Translations under genes and position numbers: made by a program | Notes under the pieces: generated by a model | Seen by the model: the letters and a program-made list of their open reading frames with translations, nothing else | Told to the model about the DNA's origin: nothing | Database searches by the model: none | Assembly (NCBI GenBank): GCA_002633005.1 | Contig: NMRA01000502.1 | Span: 1-64,000, forward strand | Source of the DNA: Phoronis australis | Lineage: Eukaryota; Animalia; Phoronida | Length of the DNA: 64,000 nt | Direction: 5' to 3' | Part shown: positions 27,101 to 42,100 of the stretch, piece after piece | Layout of the letters: every line of letters starts with the position of its first letter | How positions within the stretch are numbered: the first letter of the stretch is position 1

Positions 27101-30100
27101 GAGTTTACACATTGGTAGACTACTGACCCACAGTTCAAACACTTACGTCGCCTCTGACATATGAAGACGTTTTTGTCATGACAGTAGCCCTTATTCCAAA
27201 CACCATTTTGTGGTGACATGAAGCCACACAAATTCTCGTCCACCACTCCGCTTGGTTCTTTAGGTCCCCAATCTGCAATTTGAATAATTAATAAAGGACT
27301 GAATAAAAAGTCTGCACTGGATAACTATGTAAACTTTGATTGGAATTTGATATTTTAACGTCGAAATTTACAACGACGGCGATATCTCAGAAAACAAACA
27401 GTCGATTAGGAGACTGGTGTATCCCACCCTTACCTTTGCGTAAAACAAAGCCTTCAATGTTAAATCTATCTGCTTAAAAACAACACTTTCATTGTTATTA
27501 AAAATGTCTGCAAATCGGGAGATCATGGTTTTAGTTGCATGTGCAATGATGACAACGAGCAATCAGACCATAACTCTTTAGGAGAAATTTGGTCGTAACA
27601 CTTTCATTATCTCAAATTCAGGGATTGTTTTATAGCCCCCTCGACCCCACACCCCACGACTCCCTCCACCCTCGACCCCCTGACAAATTCAAGCTTTTTT
27701 GGTAGAGAGTGAGGTACCCAATTACCCAGGTATGTAATTTCTCAGCAAATACAGTTTCAAAAAACAAACTGTTAACTAAAATATTATCTCAACGTTACAG
27801 AGGGTATATCGTAAACAAGTATACAACAGAAAACACATTTGAAATTACGTGCATTCACGTTAACGTATTCTCTCTCTAAATTTAGTAGAACAGGGACACT
27901 GGTATCCACTTGCGGAACTATTTCCATGGCAACAATAGCACGCTTTGAGTCTGCCATTTTGGATCATGTTCTTACGTCACTTTCTGTTTTAACCAATTGA
28001 GCCCGAACAGATTCACGTGTAGTTAAGTCTGATGAGAAAGTCACTCAGTGACGTAATATGACCATGAAATGCGTAAAAAGGGCAGACATATTTATTGTCG
28101 TGGGTAAAGGGATTTGTTGGTGGTGGTTTGAAGGGGTTGTTGGTCGAGAGAGTCCTGAGTCGAGTTGGCTGTGGGATGTGGGGGTCGAGGGGGTTTCGCA
28201 ATCACCCCAAACTCAGTTGAAATAACGCCCTGTCGATTCCACTCAAAAGGAAAAGAGCGACAGCCTACTCTTAGGGTGGGCATATATGAATGCTATTACA
28301 TCAGAAAAAGTCTCCAGATCGATCTGAGCCGGTATCCGCTCTGCATTCATTTGAATGGAGAATTTGGGCAAGTCTCAGAATAGGGGACCTGCATCAAAGA
28401 TGTACTACACTCCTTGTCCATCAGTTGGCATTTACATCTAAATGCAGCTCGAGGGATTCTCTCTTGTTACACCGGCCTTGGTCGATCAGTTCTCGGTCAG
28501 ATGTTAGTCTCGCACCTTTAGAATTTACAGACATTACTGACTGTTCAAACAAGCGGATAGAATTTGAGCGTAAAGAAAGTCTCGTTGATCAGGTTTTAAG
28601 CTTTTGCGACAAACAAGTGTTCTTCTAAAGGCATATTGAGCCCTACATCGGTGGGTACTTCGGTAGTATGTCTATTGCCTTGGAAACCCGTTACACTAAT
28701 TGACGATATCGTTTGTTTAGATTTTTGTTTTGAACAGATCTTAAAACATCAAGTCAGGAAATTAGGGGTCCTTATGTCATTTACTTTGAAGTTGGCCTAC
28801 CCACGTAGGCTGAATATGCCTTTAACGAAATGCTGATACTGTAGTTGATTTAAAAATGTAAATGATTTACGAGTACTGGAAATCATCCTAAAAACTACCC
28901 ATCTCGGCTGTTTTATGGGGGCATTCAAGACAGGTTTACTCGACTGCAAGCAGGAATTCCATCTTCTGATGGTTTTCGACCCCCTACCCTCTTGCTTCCA
29001 GTTTCATTTACCACAACCCACCCAAAGTTCAGATACCATCAGGCACGGATGGTAGTTGGTCAATGAATCAATCCCAAATAGCGACTACACGATGTTCCCT
29101 AAAACTACTGAGTATTTAGGAGTTTTCAAAGTTGAATTCTCAATATTATTGAAAATAAGTAGGGATCTCTTCATGCAAAGCCCCAAAATTAAGGACTAAG
29201 TCCCCAATAATTTTGAGTAAATTAAGGGCTCAGTTTTTAGTTATTAAGAACTTCATAAGTTAAAAGAGGTGCTGGTGATAAAGATAAAATGATAGAAAAA
29301 TATAAAAATTGTGAGAAAAGAACGAAAAAATACCTAAAAGATTTAACAACTCAGTTGAGAACTGGCGGATCCAGGGTGGGGAGTGATAGGGGGCCGGAAC
29401 CCAATTTTTCCCTTTTTTGCGAAATAATTGAAGAATTTTGAATTTAAAAAAAATTGCCGATTTTTGGTCTCCTGCCACGTGATGTCATCACGGAAAGACG
29501 CTGATCAGTTGACAGCATATCAAAAATGGCGGACAGTAGTGATTTTATAAGTTACGAAGACTTAGACTTTGAGGAAGATTGGTTCAGAAGGGGAGTAAAG
29601 GAAGCTCTCCATGAAGGTATCAAGATTCCCTCTTTGAATAAACGAGGGGGATTAAGGTTTCATCTGTCACATGTTCTGACCTCAATGCCGCGCCGTCTGG
29701 TTGAAACGCCTCCTCATTACAGCGTCCTGACGTAGTAACTTTTCCAGACGTGAGGGGTGCTGAACGTGCGATAATATCTGGCTTAACTTTCATTTTTATC
29801 AGCCCACCCCAGTCAGGCTAGATTCGATCTGATCGGAGATTAGAGCAATTATCAAACAAAAGAGCGCAGGCCCTNNNNNNNNNNNNNNNNNNNNNNNNNN
29901 NNNNNNNNNNNNNNNNNNNNNNNNNNNNNNNNNNNNNNNNNNGGGGGGGGGGTAAACTTCTCAACTTGTTGTTGGGCTATACAATCGAACAAGTTGGGGC
30001 AACGGGATGTCGCTGTCATGTATTAGCCAGAACATCACAAGCCAAACTGAAGTTCGTAATAGACGGGCACAACGTGGCTAACTGTGCAAGTTTTATTCCA

Positions 30101-33100
30101 GTATTAATTTCAAAATTTTATGTGGATTTTCTCAACTGGTTGCCTAAAAGTTTTCATGCTTTTGTAAAACTTACTTGTGAAAGTCAATGGTCTGTCGAAA
30201 ACATCCACCCACTGGCGTCGGACTTTAGTTATTCCCAATAAGATGTTTGGGTTGGTGGATAAACCGGCCAACTGAAATATTGAAATGAGAAAGCGCTCTG
30301 GGAGCGATACATGGCGAAACAAAATGGGAATTTAGAGGTTAGGTCGACGATTAAACCAAGAATATCATCGACTACGACCCCGACGCCCATGACACCACCG
30401 TACAGTAAGTGGTAAGCCACCAGAAGTGACTGAGGAATTAGCCAATACAATTTCAGTCATCAAATCAGAAAATGTAGAATAATTTGAGAACGGTTTGACT
30501 AGAACAAACAACGTTGACACATTCCAGGAATCCGTTAGCACGATCTATCTGACAACTGTATAAGCCAAATTTCAATTGGCTATCTCGAAGTATTACGGAG
30601 CAAAAGCTCCTCAAAGGATTATTAGACAAAATTTACCCTTGGTTTGGAAAGGAGCGTGGTCGTGAATGGTCCCAATGGATGCCCGGCGCGCAATGAAGTG
30701 TCGTCGCATGATCTCGGTGTAGGACGAGCTTTGTATCATTCTAATGTAATCCAGTCACCCATTGAACTTGCGTTAAGAAGCAGCTCACCAGGGCAGGGCT
30801 ACAGGCTACCGGTTAAAATCAAATTCTACTGCGATAACTAGGCTGGTCTATGGTTCATGGCACCATTGACTACTTCGTGCAACTTTATTCAAGTTATTGT
30901 ACGACCTCTTTTGCAAACGTGAACGCAATAAAATAAATAACATTTCCCGTTTTTCCACCCATTTCACCAGCGTTCACTGGCGCCTCGCCATTTTAGAAAA
31001 CTAAATATGAAGTTTGTTGTCTGGTCATTGACTGTATTCAGTTGTTGTGCTTTGTCAGATAACCAGGCAGTACCGAATCTCGTTCAAGTCACTTAGCGAA
31101 CACAAGGAAGGAAGGGAACAAGATGATTTGTTTCACATGGTGAAAAGTTCAAAATCCGGTTTAAATTGTCGTTTTCCACGTTCCATTCACAAACATCGAC
31201 AGAAGTCATATATTGCGGATATATTTTTACTAGCAATTTGTGAGTGAAAATTTCCAATAGGTGTGTGGCGGTCAATTTGTAGTGACTGAACCAAAATGAG
31301 CGTGGCGGGCCTCCCATTTTTACACGCACTGTTAGATAACTGGTGGCCACAGCGTTGCCTTGTGTTAGATTTCGAACAAAACCACATTCTTGGAGTATTT
31401 TATGAGATACATGGTGTACAGGCACAACAGCTATAGTGTCCATATGACTGATCAACAGAAGAGCGGGTAAGTAACGGTCAACATAATAACAGTCATAAGA
31501 TCTGTTAATGTCGAATAACTCAATGGATCGGAGCGGGTGGCACAAAGCACAAGTCAAAGCAAATCATAGCATATATTCACCTACTTGAATTTAGACAAAT
31601 CTGACAAGCGAGAAATAACTGAAAGATAAGTCATCAGAAAGTCTCAAATACCTGGAGGACTGCAATTTATTACGAGAAACGGATGCTTATTCTATTTATC
31701 CCTTGCCAAGATGTATGTAGGCATTACATTTCGGATTCACTTACAAGACCATGGACCTAGAGCAAAGGAAAAAAATGGAAAAATGGCCTTCACGGCGTCA
31801 TTTTTGGTGCGATTTTTCCCAAAACCGTAGCCCTCAAAAGTCTCACGTGACACAGGCTGTGCGTACATTGCATGTAAATCGGACGAAAAATGCAACACGA
31901 ATGGCCAACAAAATCATCAAGGAACCGGTCAATGAAAGAACAGTCACTAGATTTGTAAATTTCGAATAACTCAAAAATGGTAAGTTGTTGCGAGAAGTGG
32001 CTGGCATAGCAAAGACGTCTCTTAATAATGTCTATACAAATTTCAGAAAGATTCACCAATGAACAGCGGAGTTTCGGCACGAGAGCTCGATCAATAAAAG
32101 CGGAAATCTCAAATAACTCGAGAACGGTACGTCTTAGCAAATACAGTAAGGGTCGACACGTCAGATAACACTCAACTAGTTTTATCCCAGTGGCGGATCT
32201 AGGATATCACAAGGGGGGGGGCCCAACATTTTGTCCGGCTGTAAACATTTGTGCAAACTGAACCACGATTGTAGATGCGCATAGCACCGAATAGGGGGAG
32301 GTCGGGAGGGGGGTTTGCCCCCCTCCCGCCCAGGAAATTTTTCTGTTTTTACATCTAAAAATCAAGTATTTTCCTTGATTCCTGAAGTATTATCCAAGAA
32401 AAAAAGGCAAAAAAGAAAAACACGGAAAACGTGTCAAACAGGAAAAACTGCAAGTATCAAAGACTCGAAATCACGACCTTGCGCATACAGCGCGCGTGCA
32501 TTACCACTCCACCACCACGATTTCACTACTAATCTCATACTAAGAGACCTACTTGTTTATGGTCCACAGCGTTTGCGCGCGAAACCTACTTCTTTTTGTA
32601 ATGCTTATTACACGTTTTGTGCCATCGATTCTTAACAAATTTGTCGTATTTAAAATAGTCTTCAAATGCCCAAAAGACCAAATCCGTTTTTCGTGTTGGC
32701 AATAATGACGGGATTGATTTGGAAATCGTCTTAACATAAGGTTTGACAAAGAGAGTATTGCGAATTTCTGAGTGATTCACTAAGGCTTCGATTAAAATTC
32801 CCATCTTACCAGCAGCTTCTGTTTTTTCATCGTCACTCAGGCTCCATTTTCTTTAAAAAATGAAGTAAATTTTCTTCATTGCACAGTGGAGCAGACGACG
32901 GAAACTGAGTCGTAGTGCGCAGCGCCACTGCCGGGTCGCCTGGGATATCGCGGGAGAGCCTATACTTAACCATAGTTCCGTTACGAATGCGCCGTGTTCC
33001 GAATTTGACACTTGAAATTGGATTTGAGCCCCCTCCCCCCAACACTAAAACTGCACACATTTAAATCTTTTTTCATCCGTATAATTTTAATTACCAGGGT

Positions 33101-36100
33101 TAATTAATAAACTCAACATTTCTCTACGCTCTTACTGTTTTATTTTTTTGCGGCAGCAAGGGGGGGGGGGGCTATGTATCTACAAGCAAACGTTCACAAG
33201 AATCTTTCAAAGGACAGCGCCGCCAATCAAAAACTGAAAAACGGTCTCCACAACGGCACCTTTGGTGTGATTTAGTACCAAAACAAAATACTTCGAGGTA
33301 CGTTTTGGATGTAAATTTCATGTCGATCAGACGTGTATCACGCGTGTAACACAAAATGAATGCGCTGGGAGACAGGAAAACTCGTTCTAGTGTAGTTAAA
33401 GAGGTTAACAACGTGGGCAAGGTCAAGGTTTAAGACTGAACAGTTGCGTTAGTTGACCGTTTGGAAGGCCAGCCAAGTAAGCGACTGACAATCTTAATTG
33501 GGAGATCATCAAGTAAGACAAGGACATGAAGAAACAGTTGGAGACAAGGTTAAAGAGAATAAAAACGAATAACCTGTCAGGGTGATTCAAGGTATGGTGT
33601 TACCATCATATAATCATATCTTCCTTGATATGGTTGTTGTTAGTCTGTGATTTTCTTGTAACAACTGAAGAATATCTCCCGCAAATGTTTAGGTTAACAT
33701 ACCCCTTTTAGGAACATAGGTCAGTACCATTGCATGAATAAAGCCAGGATTCCTTGCTTCTTCAATGGTAGGAGTATTAAGTAGCCGTTGCCTGGGGCAA
33801 CATCACCATTAGATATAGCAAATCATGTAAAGGGCTAGATGAAAATGGACCACAGTAAAGCCATCGAAGGCGCTAGAAGGCAAGAAAGACATGACCTTGG
33901 TTACGCCATGGGGCAAATGGTTTTACAATGCAGGAGATGATTGCAGCAAACGAAAATTGAATAGCAAAGTTAACACAGATCAATCAGCGATGAGACTGGA
34001 CAAGAGAAGACAAGACATGGACAAGAAATGTCAGGTGGGAAGAATTAAAGAACATGCCACCTTTGCACCGACTCAAAGCGATGAACAACGTGCTACCAAA
34101 AGTAAGCGATCTAATGCAACCTAGCTGGAAAGTGATGTAACCTGGAACATGTCTTGACTCCATACACATAAAATCAAGGAGCCAAAACTGGCTTTAAAGT
34201 GCTTGCCAGACACATGCTTGTAATACATGTAATACCTATCACAGACAGGGTCATTGGAGATATGCCGGCGCATTAATCCCCTCCCCAGATCATCCCAGTG
34301 ACAAGCTGCAAGCATCTGGTTCGAAGGCCTACGGGCAAGGCTTTTGTTGAGGCTTTTAGCAGCGTGGCTACATGCGATACTAGCCTCGAGCAGTCGCCTA
34401 CCATCGTTAAATTCAGACAGTAGGAGGAGGTCTGTTCGATGAGGTAAGTATTGTGCTGTCATCAATGGTAGTTGATGCCATCAGAGATGGATCCTACAAT
34501 GCTGCAACCCATCAAATATTTTGTGCGTTGAACACGTAATAGCTGAAGACAGTGGCTACCACAGGGTATTCACATAGTGTAGACGGATGGAGTTTGAGGA
34601 CGTGCAAGCTGTTACACATTCACCTGGAGAATCAAACCATCATGTTTTTCAATGATTTTCCGTCGGGTCTGCTGAAAATTAAGTTTGGAATTCTCACAGC
34701 TAACTGAGATATCTTCCGATCCCTCACCCCAACGTATTTTTTACTTTCGTACCTGCTCACGCCGATGTCTTGGTTAATGAGCGTGCAGATTACCTTGCTG
34801 GTTCATGCACCCACCAATCCCTCTGCCTACACTCCTCTGAAGTTAAGTTGCTGTCTGGTTGACTTACACATGAGGAATTGCGACTTTAGTTCATTAATCT
34901 ATAATTCATCAGAGAAAAAGCGGAAAGCAAAAGGCGACCACAATTCTCGTTACAGCAGATTATCTGGAAGTTGCAGGAGACGTATGGCACCATGTCCTGT
35001 TTTCCTGACAATGCAGATGCACGACATCGTCCTTTACTCAGAAAGCCACGACAGATAGTCATCATCGTATGAGATGCATGAGAGAAAACGCCAGAAGAAA
35101 AAAGAACTCTGGAGAGACTACACCGCAAATACCTGAGACATATTCTTTTCTCAATCGAATTGGTTTGCAGGGGCCTCCATTTAAAGTCCTGCTTTGCATG
35201 TTGAGGTGCCTCTTATATATCCAAGACCTTGCCGAGAGAAAATGCTACTGTGACCCCACCAGCCTCCTGTTGCAATTGGTTGGAAGCCATATGCAACAAT
35301 AACCATAATCTTCTGGTTGGATCTGATCACTCCTGCCGGCCCACTTTGTTAATCAAAGTAAAAACATCGGGTAAAGCTAGCATTCGACTGGAAAAAAACG
35401 ACATAGGCTCCTAAAATGTATTTGAGTGAAATAGCAATTCCTTGGGTGCCGTGCTGCACCACAAACGAATTTCTTTTCACAAAAGGAACAAGGTAAACTT
35501 AACAACGGTTTGCGTCATAGGAAGGTTTCAATAATGGGAAATCTTTGAAAAAACTGTCCCCACTTCATCTAAAGTGCCGTCCACACAGAGACTTTACCTA
35601 GAACAGGTTACTACTGAAGTAAGTTGTCGTTGTGTTTGGAGGCCGTGTGGACGCTCATTAAAGCATTGCAACTGACTCCACTTGTGACAACTTACTCTTC
35701 CATATTGAGGTGAAACAACTTGTTCCAGTGTAACTAGAGCCACATTTAATTCCGTTGTGGAAACAAACATGGGGCAAGGCGGATATAATTATCTGCTGTG
35801 ATTACGTACATATGGGTTTTGTTTGCGTGTCGTACTCATATTAGGTGTTCGTTGTCACGTATAGGGCAAGTTGTTCCAGGGTAGGTTGTGTGCGGACGGG
35901 ACATAAATAACGAGCTCGAAAGAAATCAGGCATTGGCTGTTTTAAACAGAGGTATTTTAATGATGACCACTATCGAATCCCCCAATGAATCTCTTTATGT
36001 AGCGAAATTTCACGTTATCGGAAGTGTCTAGACAACATTACATTACGCGGAGGCTTTCATATTTAAAATTATAATTGTGTCACAAAAAAACCTCCGCAAA

Positions 36101-39100
36101 TTTTGATAAAATCAAGAAAATTTCCAGGGTTTTCTTTCCTATCTGTGTCAATGACATCCAAACCGTAATCAAGACTCGATCATCGAGTTTCACCCGTTTA
36201 ATTTTTGCACCACGTGATAGGTCAATCTTTGATTCCAAGCTAGATTCATCGTGATAGTTAGGGTCCTCGTGATCTAGCCTGTCGCACAATTTAACATCAG
36301 CGTACAAAGGCGTTATTGAGGCAATCGTCACTTAGATTTACATCACGAAAGAGAATCCATTTAATGCGCAATGAAGTTCAACTCGCATGCAAATTAAAAA
36401 ATTGGCATACCCACGCATTGGTCGCGTTGTCGAAAGGAAAAGCTAGGTGACTGTCACGCTTTTGGCAGAAGCTTTTCGCCTCGGTCCAGTTTAATGTTTT
36501 GCGTGGCACTAGGAAACCAAATTCTTTGTATGGGACGAAGGATCCTGAAACAAGCATCAGCGCTCCATCAATTCTCAGGTAAGCAATACAATAAATACTG
36601 GATCCGTTCGTTAATTTTACATTGTAAGTAGTTAAAGTATTATTTTTAACGTAGGTCAATTTTAATGCAAGTCGTTAATGCAACATGTTCTCAAGGCCGC
36701 ACTTAGATTGGGACAAGACACCGTAGACAAGACATTAGGCAGTGAACACAGTATGTTCGTTGTAACGTTGATCTATGCTGAAGAACGCTATTTTAAGTGC
36801 AACAGAAAGCGAAAGACATCCATGAAACGAAGTGCTTGGCATATAAAATGACCCTTCCATATTCTCCGAAGATGATGAGGTGGTCGCAAAGAAAATAAAC
36901 CGGAAGAATACTACCAGGCATGGTCGGGAGGTGTTACAGGGTACATGTATTTTTAGCTTCATGCTTACAACGCCACTCTTCTCTTACATGGTGAATAGTA
37001 ACCAATTTCGGGTCATACGCAGTTTGGATTGTTGATATCCCAAGTATAAGGTACGAGATATAAAAGTATACCAAGTAAAATCTCCCGCAAAATTAGCATA
37101 TATGAAGCCAAAGTGGACTGACTTCTAATTAACTAAACTATTACGTTAAATAGAATTTGATTGTTTACCGAGCATCTTGCAGACAAAGCTATCACGTTTG
37201 TCAGTACAAAGGACGGTATCCCACTTTCCGTTAGAAAGCATAATTGCACACTTGATGTACATTGTGGATGTATTTACGCCGTCTTTCCAATCTGAAATGT
37301 AGAAACAAACCAAATCTCACAAAGATCTACTGTTGTATACTGAAAAAAACTACCATTTTTCAATTTGAAATGGAGAAACAAAACAAATCTCACAAAGCTC
37401 TGCTACTACATACTGAAAGAAAACTATCAGCTGAGAAAAAAACTGAAGTACGTAGACTGACATCATAAGGGCCCACATTCCTAAGCAAAGGCATGAGATC
37501 CGTTCCTTTATGGCGGCTAACGGAATACCGTCGCGAGTACTTGACAAAAGGTAAAATCAAACACACGAGCAGTATTAAATGATACCACGCCACATGATAA
37601 CATACATGTACATTGTATATCACCAACTTACTACTGAAGAAGTACGACTCGTCGCCAGGAGATGCCCACGTTCCCTCTCGATTACTCAGTCCAATCCACA
37701 TAGGAATCTGTAGACCAAGTCTATCCATCTACGATTAAAACATTGCGCAGTGTAAAGAAGTGGTTTATAGCTGTAATATTAAACCGTCGTTTACATGTAG
37801 TGATCAACTCACCACTGCCAGGGGTTTGATGAAGTAATCCATTTGCTTTGTGCTTCTGGTATGATAATAAATTTCGTTCTCTTGGCATAAATGTTAACCT
37901 ATTCCAACCGCGCTTAAGTTACGGTAATGCGTCAACTTTATTTTCGCCCCGCTGCGTGGTCGGGCATTAACCACCACGATGATTTTTGAATAGACGGCTA
38001 CTGTAGCGGCAGATAGGCGGACGTATACAAGGTACCTAAACTACACGGTCAACGGACTCATAAACACGACTCACGGACCTGCAAACACCGTCCACTGACT
38101 CACAAACACGGGAACGGACTCAAAAACACGATCCACGCACCCAAATACACAGGGCAAGGACTCACATTCACGAGGAAACACGGTTAACGGACCGCCAAAC
38201 ACGGGTCACGGACAAAATGAAGATGTCAGCTGACCCAGGAAGCCGATGAGTCCGTGACCCGTGTTTGGCGGTCCGTTAAAAGTGTTTCCTCGTGAATGTG
38301 AGTCCGTGTCCCGTGTATTTGGGTGCGTGGATCGTGTTTTGTGAGTCCGTTCCCGTGTTTGTGAGTCAGTGGACGGTGTTTGCAGGTCCGTGAGTCGTGT
38401 TCATGCGTCCGTACCCGTGTTTATGAGTCCGTTGACCGTGTAGTTTAGGTACCTTGGTATAGAGATCGACGAGATCACGTCACATATGCTTGCTAATTTG
38501 TCCACTTCCCAGGCGAGTATAGGTTCGTCGTACGAAATCCGCGATCGAGTGCCTCCACAGCGAGGGCACGAACGGCGTCAGCTGTTTTTCATTATTTTAC
38601 TATTTTCGTATATTCCTTGTTCATTCTGGTTGATTATGTCTAAGCCAGTCACTGTAACAGTTGTCGTTAGCCGGTAAAGTAGGGTCATTTTCATCTGCAA
38701 CCCGGGAGCCATTGCACCCGGGCTATTAGTAAACAGTATCCATGTAACTGCGCCAAGTTTTCGAAAGCTCGTCACTGTAACACTAGTGGCTTACTTCTGC
38801 CCGTTTAGGCGTATAAATCATCTCAGCTTACCAGTAGTGTCTCACTTATTTTAACACAAGATTTTTTATTTACTCTGGGAGTTTCAAAATCTTGTAACTT
38901 TCCGTTTTGTTAACCTGTATTCCACGCAAACGTGCCTAACCTACCTCCAAAAATTTTTGTCACCAAAGCACACTGGGATCACACTAGCCCAAGCTCAGTT
39001 GGAGTGCTCATTGACCTAGAGTTCATGGCAATGGGCCAGCCTGTGGTTTCACTCTTATGTAATTGCATAATAACTTGTTGCATAGTGCTGATGACCTCGT

Positions 39101-42100
39101 GCCAGCAATAGAACTTTCTATACTAAACTTTCATGACACCGGAAGCCTAGGCTTAATTGCATTTACTGACTAGATGTGCCCATCTTTTCCTGACATCGGC
39201 GGCACAAATGTTAGTTGTCCTTTTGCTTAGCTCTAGATTATTCGTTGAACACATTGATACGGTGCTAGGCCTTTTTACTGGCAATCATATTTTGTAGACC
39301 AAGTTGCTTCCTGATTTGTGTACTTGGTGTTGTCTATTTTATATGACTTTTTGCGGTATCATTATTCCTGAGACCCTGTTGCCTCCCTCTCGTATAGTGA
39401 TGTTCTGTAGGATTTTTGTAGATATTTTATTTTTCTTAGCCATGTAGTAGACACGCAAGTTTCCGTACATGTATGAAGGTCTTCCTGCGGCACATAGCTT
39501 GATACACAGTAGTTATGTAACTGCATAGCAGCCCTAATATGTAACAAAAAACGTTTAACTTTCAATAAAATATTTTAAAACTGCCAACCTCGTGTCTTTT
39601 TATTGTGATTGAAAATCGCATGCCACAACACCTTTGATTTTTACCCGGTACATTTATATCCAAGTTTGCCTGCCCGTTAATGGTTTATCTGTCCATGCTG
39701 TACTTCGTTTCGATATTAAACTTCTCCTGCAGGTTAAATGTTCATGTTTTACTTTCTGGTTATGGGGATGAAACATTAAAAAATTGCCACATGGTATCTC
39801 CAAACCAACCTATGGGACTCAACTGAACTGGACACCATTCTACCGCCGTTGTTCGTTAGATTATTCGGGGTTGTTTTTAAATATCATGCCATAGAAATTC
39901 GAGGTTTTAATTAATGATTTTTATCAAACTGTCAGTTTTCATCTTAAAAGCAGCACCAAATAAAAAGGACTTTTGAATACTGGTTTTAGATCTGTTCATC
40001 AATCTTTAGATGAAATGACATCTACCAAGCTGATGGTGCTTTACCTTTCCTGCACCATTACTTCTTTCCTAACTTAAAAAAATAAAATAAAAATATAACG
40101 ACTACAATTTTGAAGGGAGCTTCCCTAACAGCACATGCTTCCGGGTGAGGTTACTCCCCAACCATTGTCACAACGCTTACCTTTTCTGGTATGCAAGTTA
40201 ATTGTTCCACCGCAATACCAACAGTTGTGCATAGTCTCTTGACTTGAGCACATAGAACCTGAACATCAGTTATCTTCTGCTGAGCTACCCTAGCTCATAC
40301 ATGTATACAGTGCATTAGCTTCGTAATAATCGGGGGGGGGGGGGNTGAACTTGGGGTAATAACGTGTGACCTAAACCGGCTGAATTTTGCAAGGATTTGC
40401 TGCGGTATGAGTGAGGGTGAGTTGGATTTTGGGGGCGGCTTGGACCCGGGGAAGGCCCGGCCGGGAGCGATGGGTGGCCCTGTACCATGCGATGTTCGGG
40501 TGGGAACCACTGTAGGTTCTCCAGGTATGTTTGTGCCTGCACTGTTATGTACAGTAGTGCAATTTCGGTTGTAGTTAAGGGATAGCAGTGTCTGGTAGGT
40601 GGGTGTGGTATGGTTTCAGTAGATGTGCCTGTTATGTACAGCAACAACAACTCCGGCTCCATCGTCTACCAGGGTCGGTGTGGCTGGGTTTCGAGCTTTG
40701 CGGGAGCGGTACTGCTCATCGTGAGGTATCCAATCTGTCCTCCTGGGCTGTGTCCCAAGTAGAACGTCGAGCCTTCACTCCGGAGAGGGGATGAGCTTCA
40801 ATGAATATGGAGCCAAATCGGCCTCCACGCGGGTTGTGGCGGTGGACAGGATTGTTCATCCATGAACAACCCTGCCCATGTGGCACATAGTGAGCCACAA
40901 CACCACGTTCCTTACAATATATCATTTTTGGTCTTCTCACTTAACTTGTCCGGAACCTTGTTTGCAGGTTGTTATAGCCCAGTTGGCTGTTTGGTGTACC
41001 CACTTGGTACTTTATATGATATGTGCCCATTTGGCAGTTTGTACCCACTTGGTACTTGTTATTGAATTAGCCGTTTTGCTCGACCAAGTTTGTAGGCAAT
41101 CGGCCAATACCCATTTGGTATTATATACCCATTTGGTACTATGCTAACCTGTGCCACTTAGTATCCGGTACTCAATTTCACTTTGGGTATCGGAAATGTG
41201 TGTGTTATCTCTTATAATTAAGAAACCCATCTGATTCCTTCTGTGAAATATTTATTTGTAGAGCTGTGACCCTGAAATTCCCAATACAACTTAAAATATA
41301 TATTATTCTTGTTGTTTTATTTGTCCCCAATAATGAGATTTATGGCACTCTGACATAATGAGATTTATGGCACTCTGACATAAATCCTATTATTTGGGCA
41401 AATACCATTATAGAGCCCTTCATGCTTCATATCCAACTGCTGGTTAGTTCCTACCAAGTCCGATGGTTGCGCTGTTTGTTCTTTCTCTCCAGCTTCCTGT
41501 TGGCCCAGCCTCAAGCAGCAGTACATTCACTCGTAAGTTTTCCTAATTAGACAAGTTTATACCTCTCCCGCCCTCCCTACCCGGGGTACCACAAAATTTC
41601 ACGTCAACCGTTTTCTACCTTTGCCACGCTCCACCCCTTTTGCCGAACAAAATCTGCTGTTGGTTATTGTTGTTTTTACAGCCACTGCTGGTACCTTCTT
41701 CAAGCCCGGAGCGTGTTACCGTCAGGCAAGAACCGACGTCATTGGCTAGCGACCAGACCTGTACATGAGCGTCCATTACTGCAGCTTGCTTCTCTCCACC
41801 CCGGTCACAGCTCTCGGCACATACTGAGCCACAACACCACGTTTCTTACAATATCTCTTTTTATCACTCCGGCTGGTCTGCTCACTCAGCTTGTCCGGAA
41901 CCTGCTTTGCAGGTTGTTATAGCCCAGTTGGCTGTTTGGTGTACCCACTTGGTACTTTATATGATATTTGCCCATTTGGCAGTTTGTACCCACTTGGTAC
42001 TTGTTATTGAATTTGCCGCTTTGCTCGACCCAGTTGGTAGGCAATCGGCCAATACCCATTTGGTATTATGTACCCATTTGGTACTATGCTAACCTGTGCC

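Noticed and set aside
33500-35400. Stretch with coding-like composition, possibly a decayed transposon ORF
   Set aside because: No frame gave a recognisable domain by eye.
36080-36331. Candidate missing CTLD2 part B exon (…TVWMSLTQIG…)
   Set aside because: No phase-0 acceptor in that frame and no GT donor after the motif.
40970-41145. CRISPR-like appearance of short palindromic repeats with spacers
   Set aside because: The repeats are only about 9-13 bp and degenerate, spacers are identical between tandem units, there are no cas genes and the context is eukaryotic.
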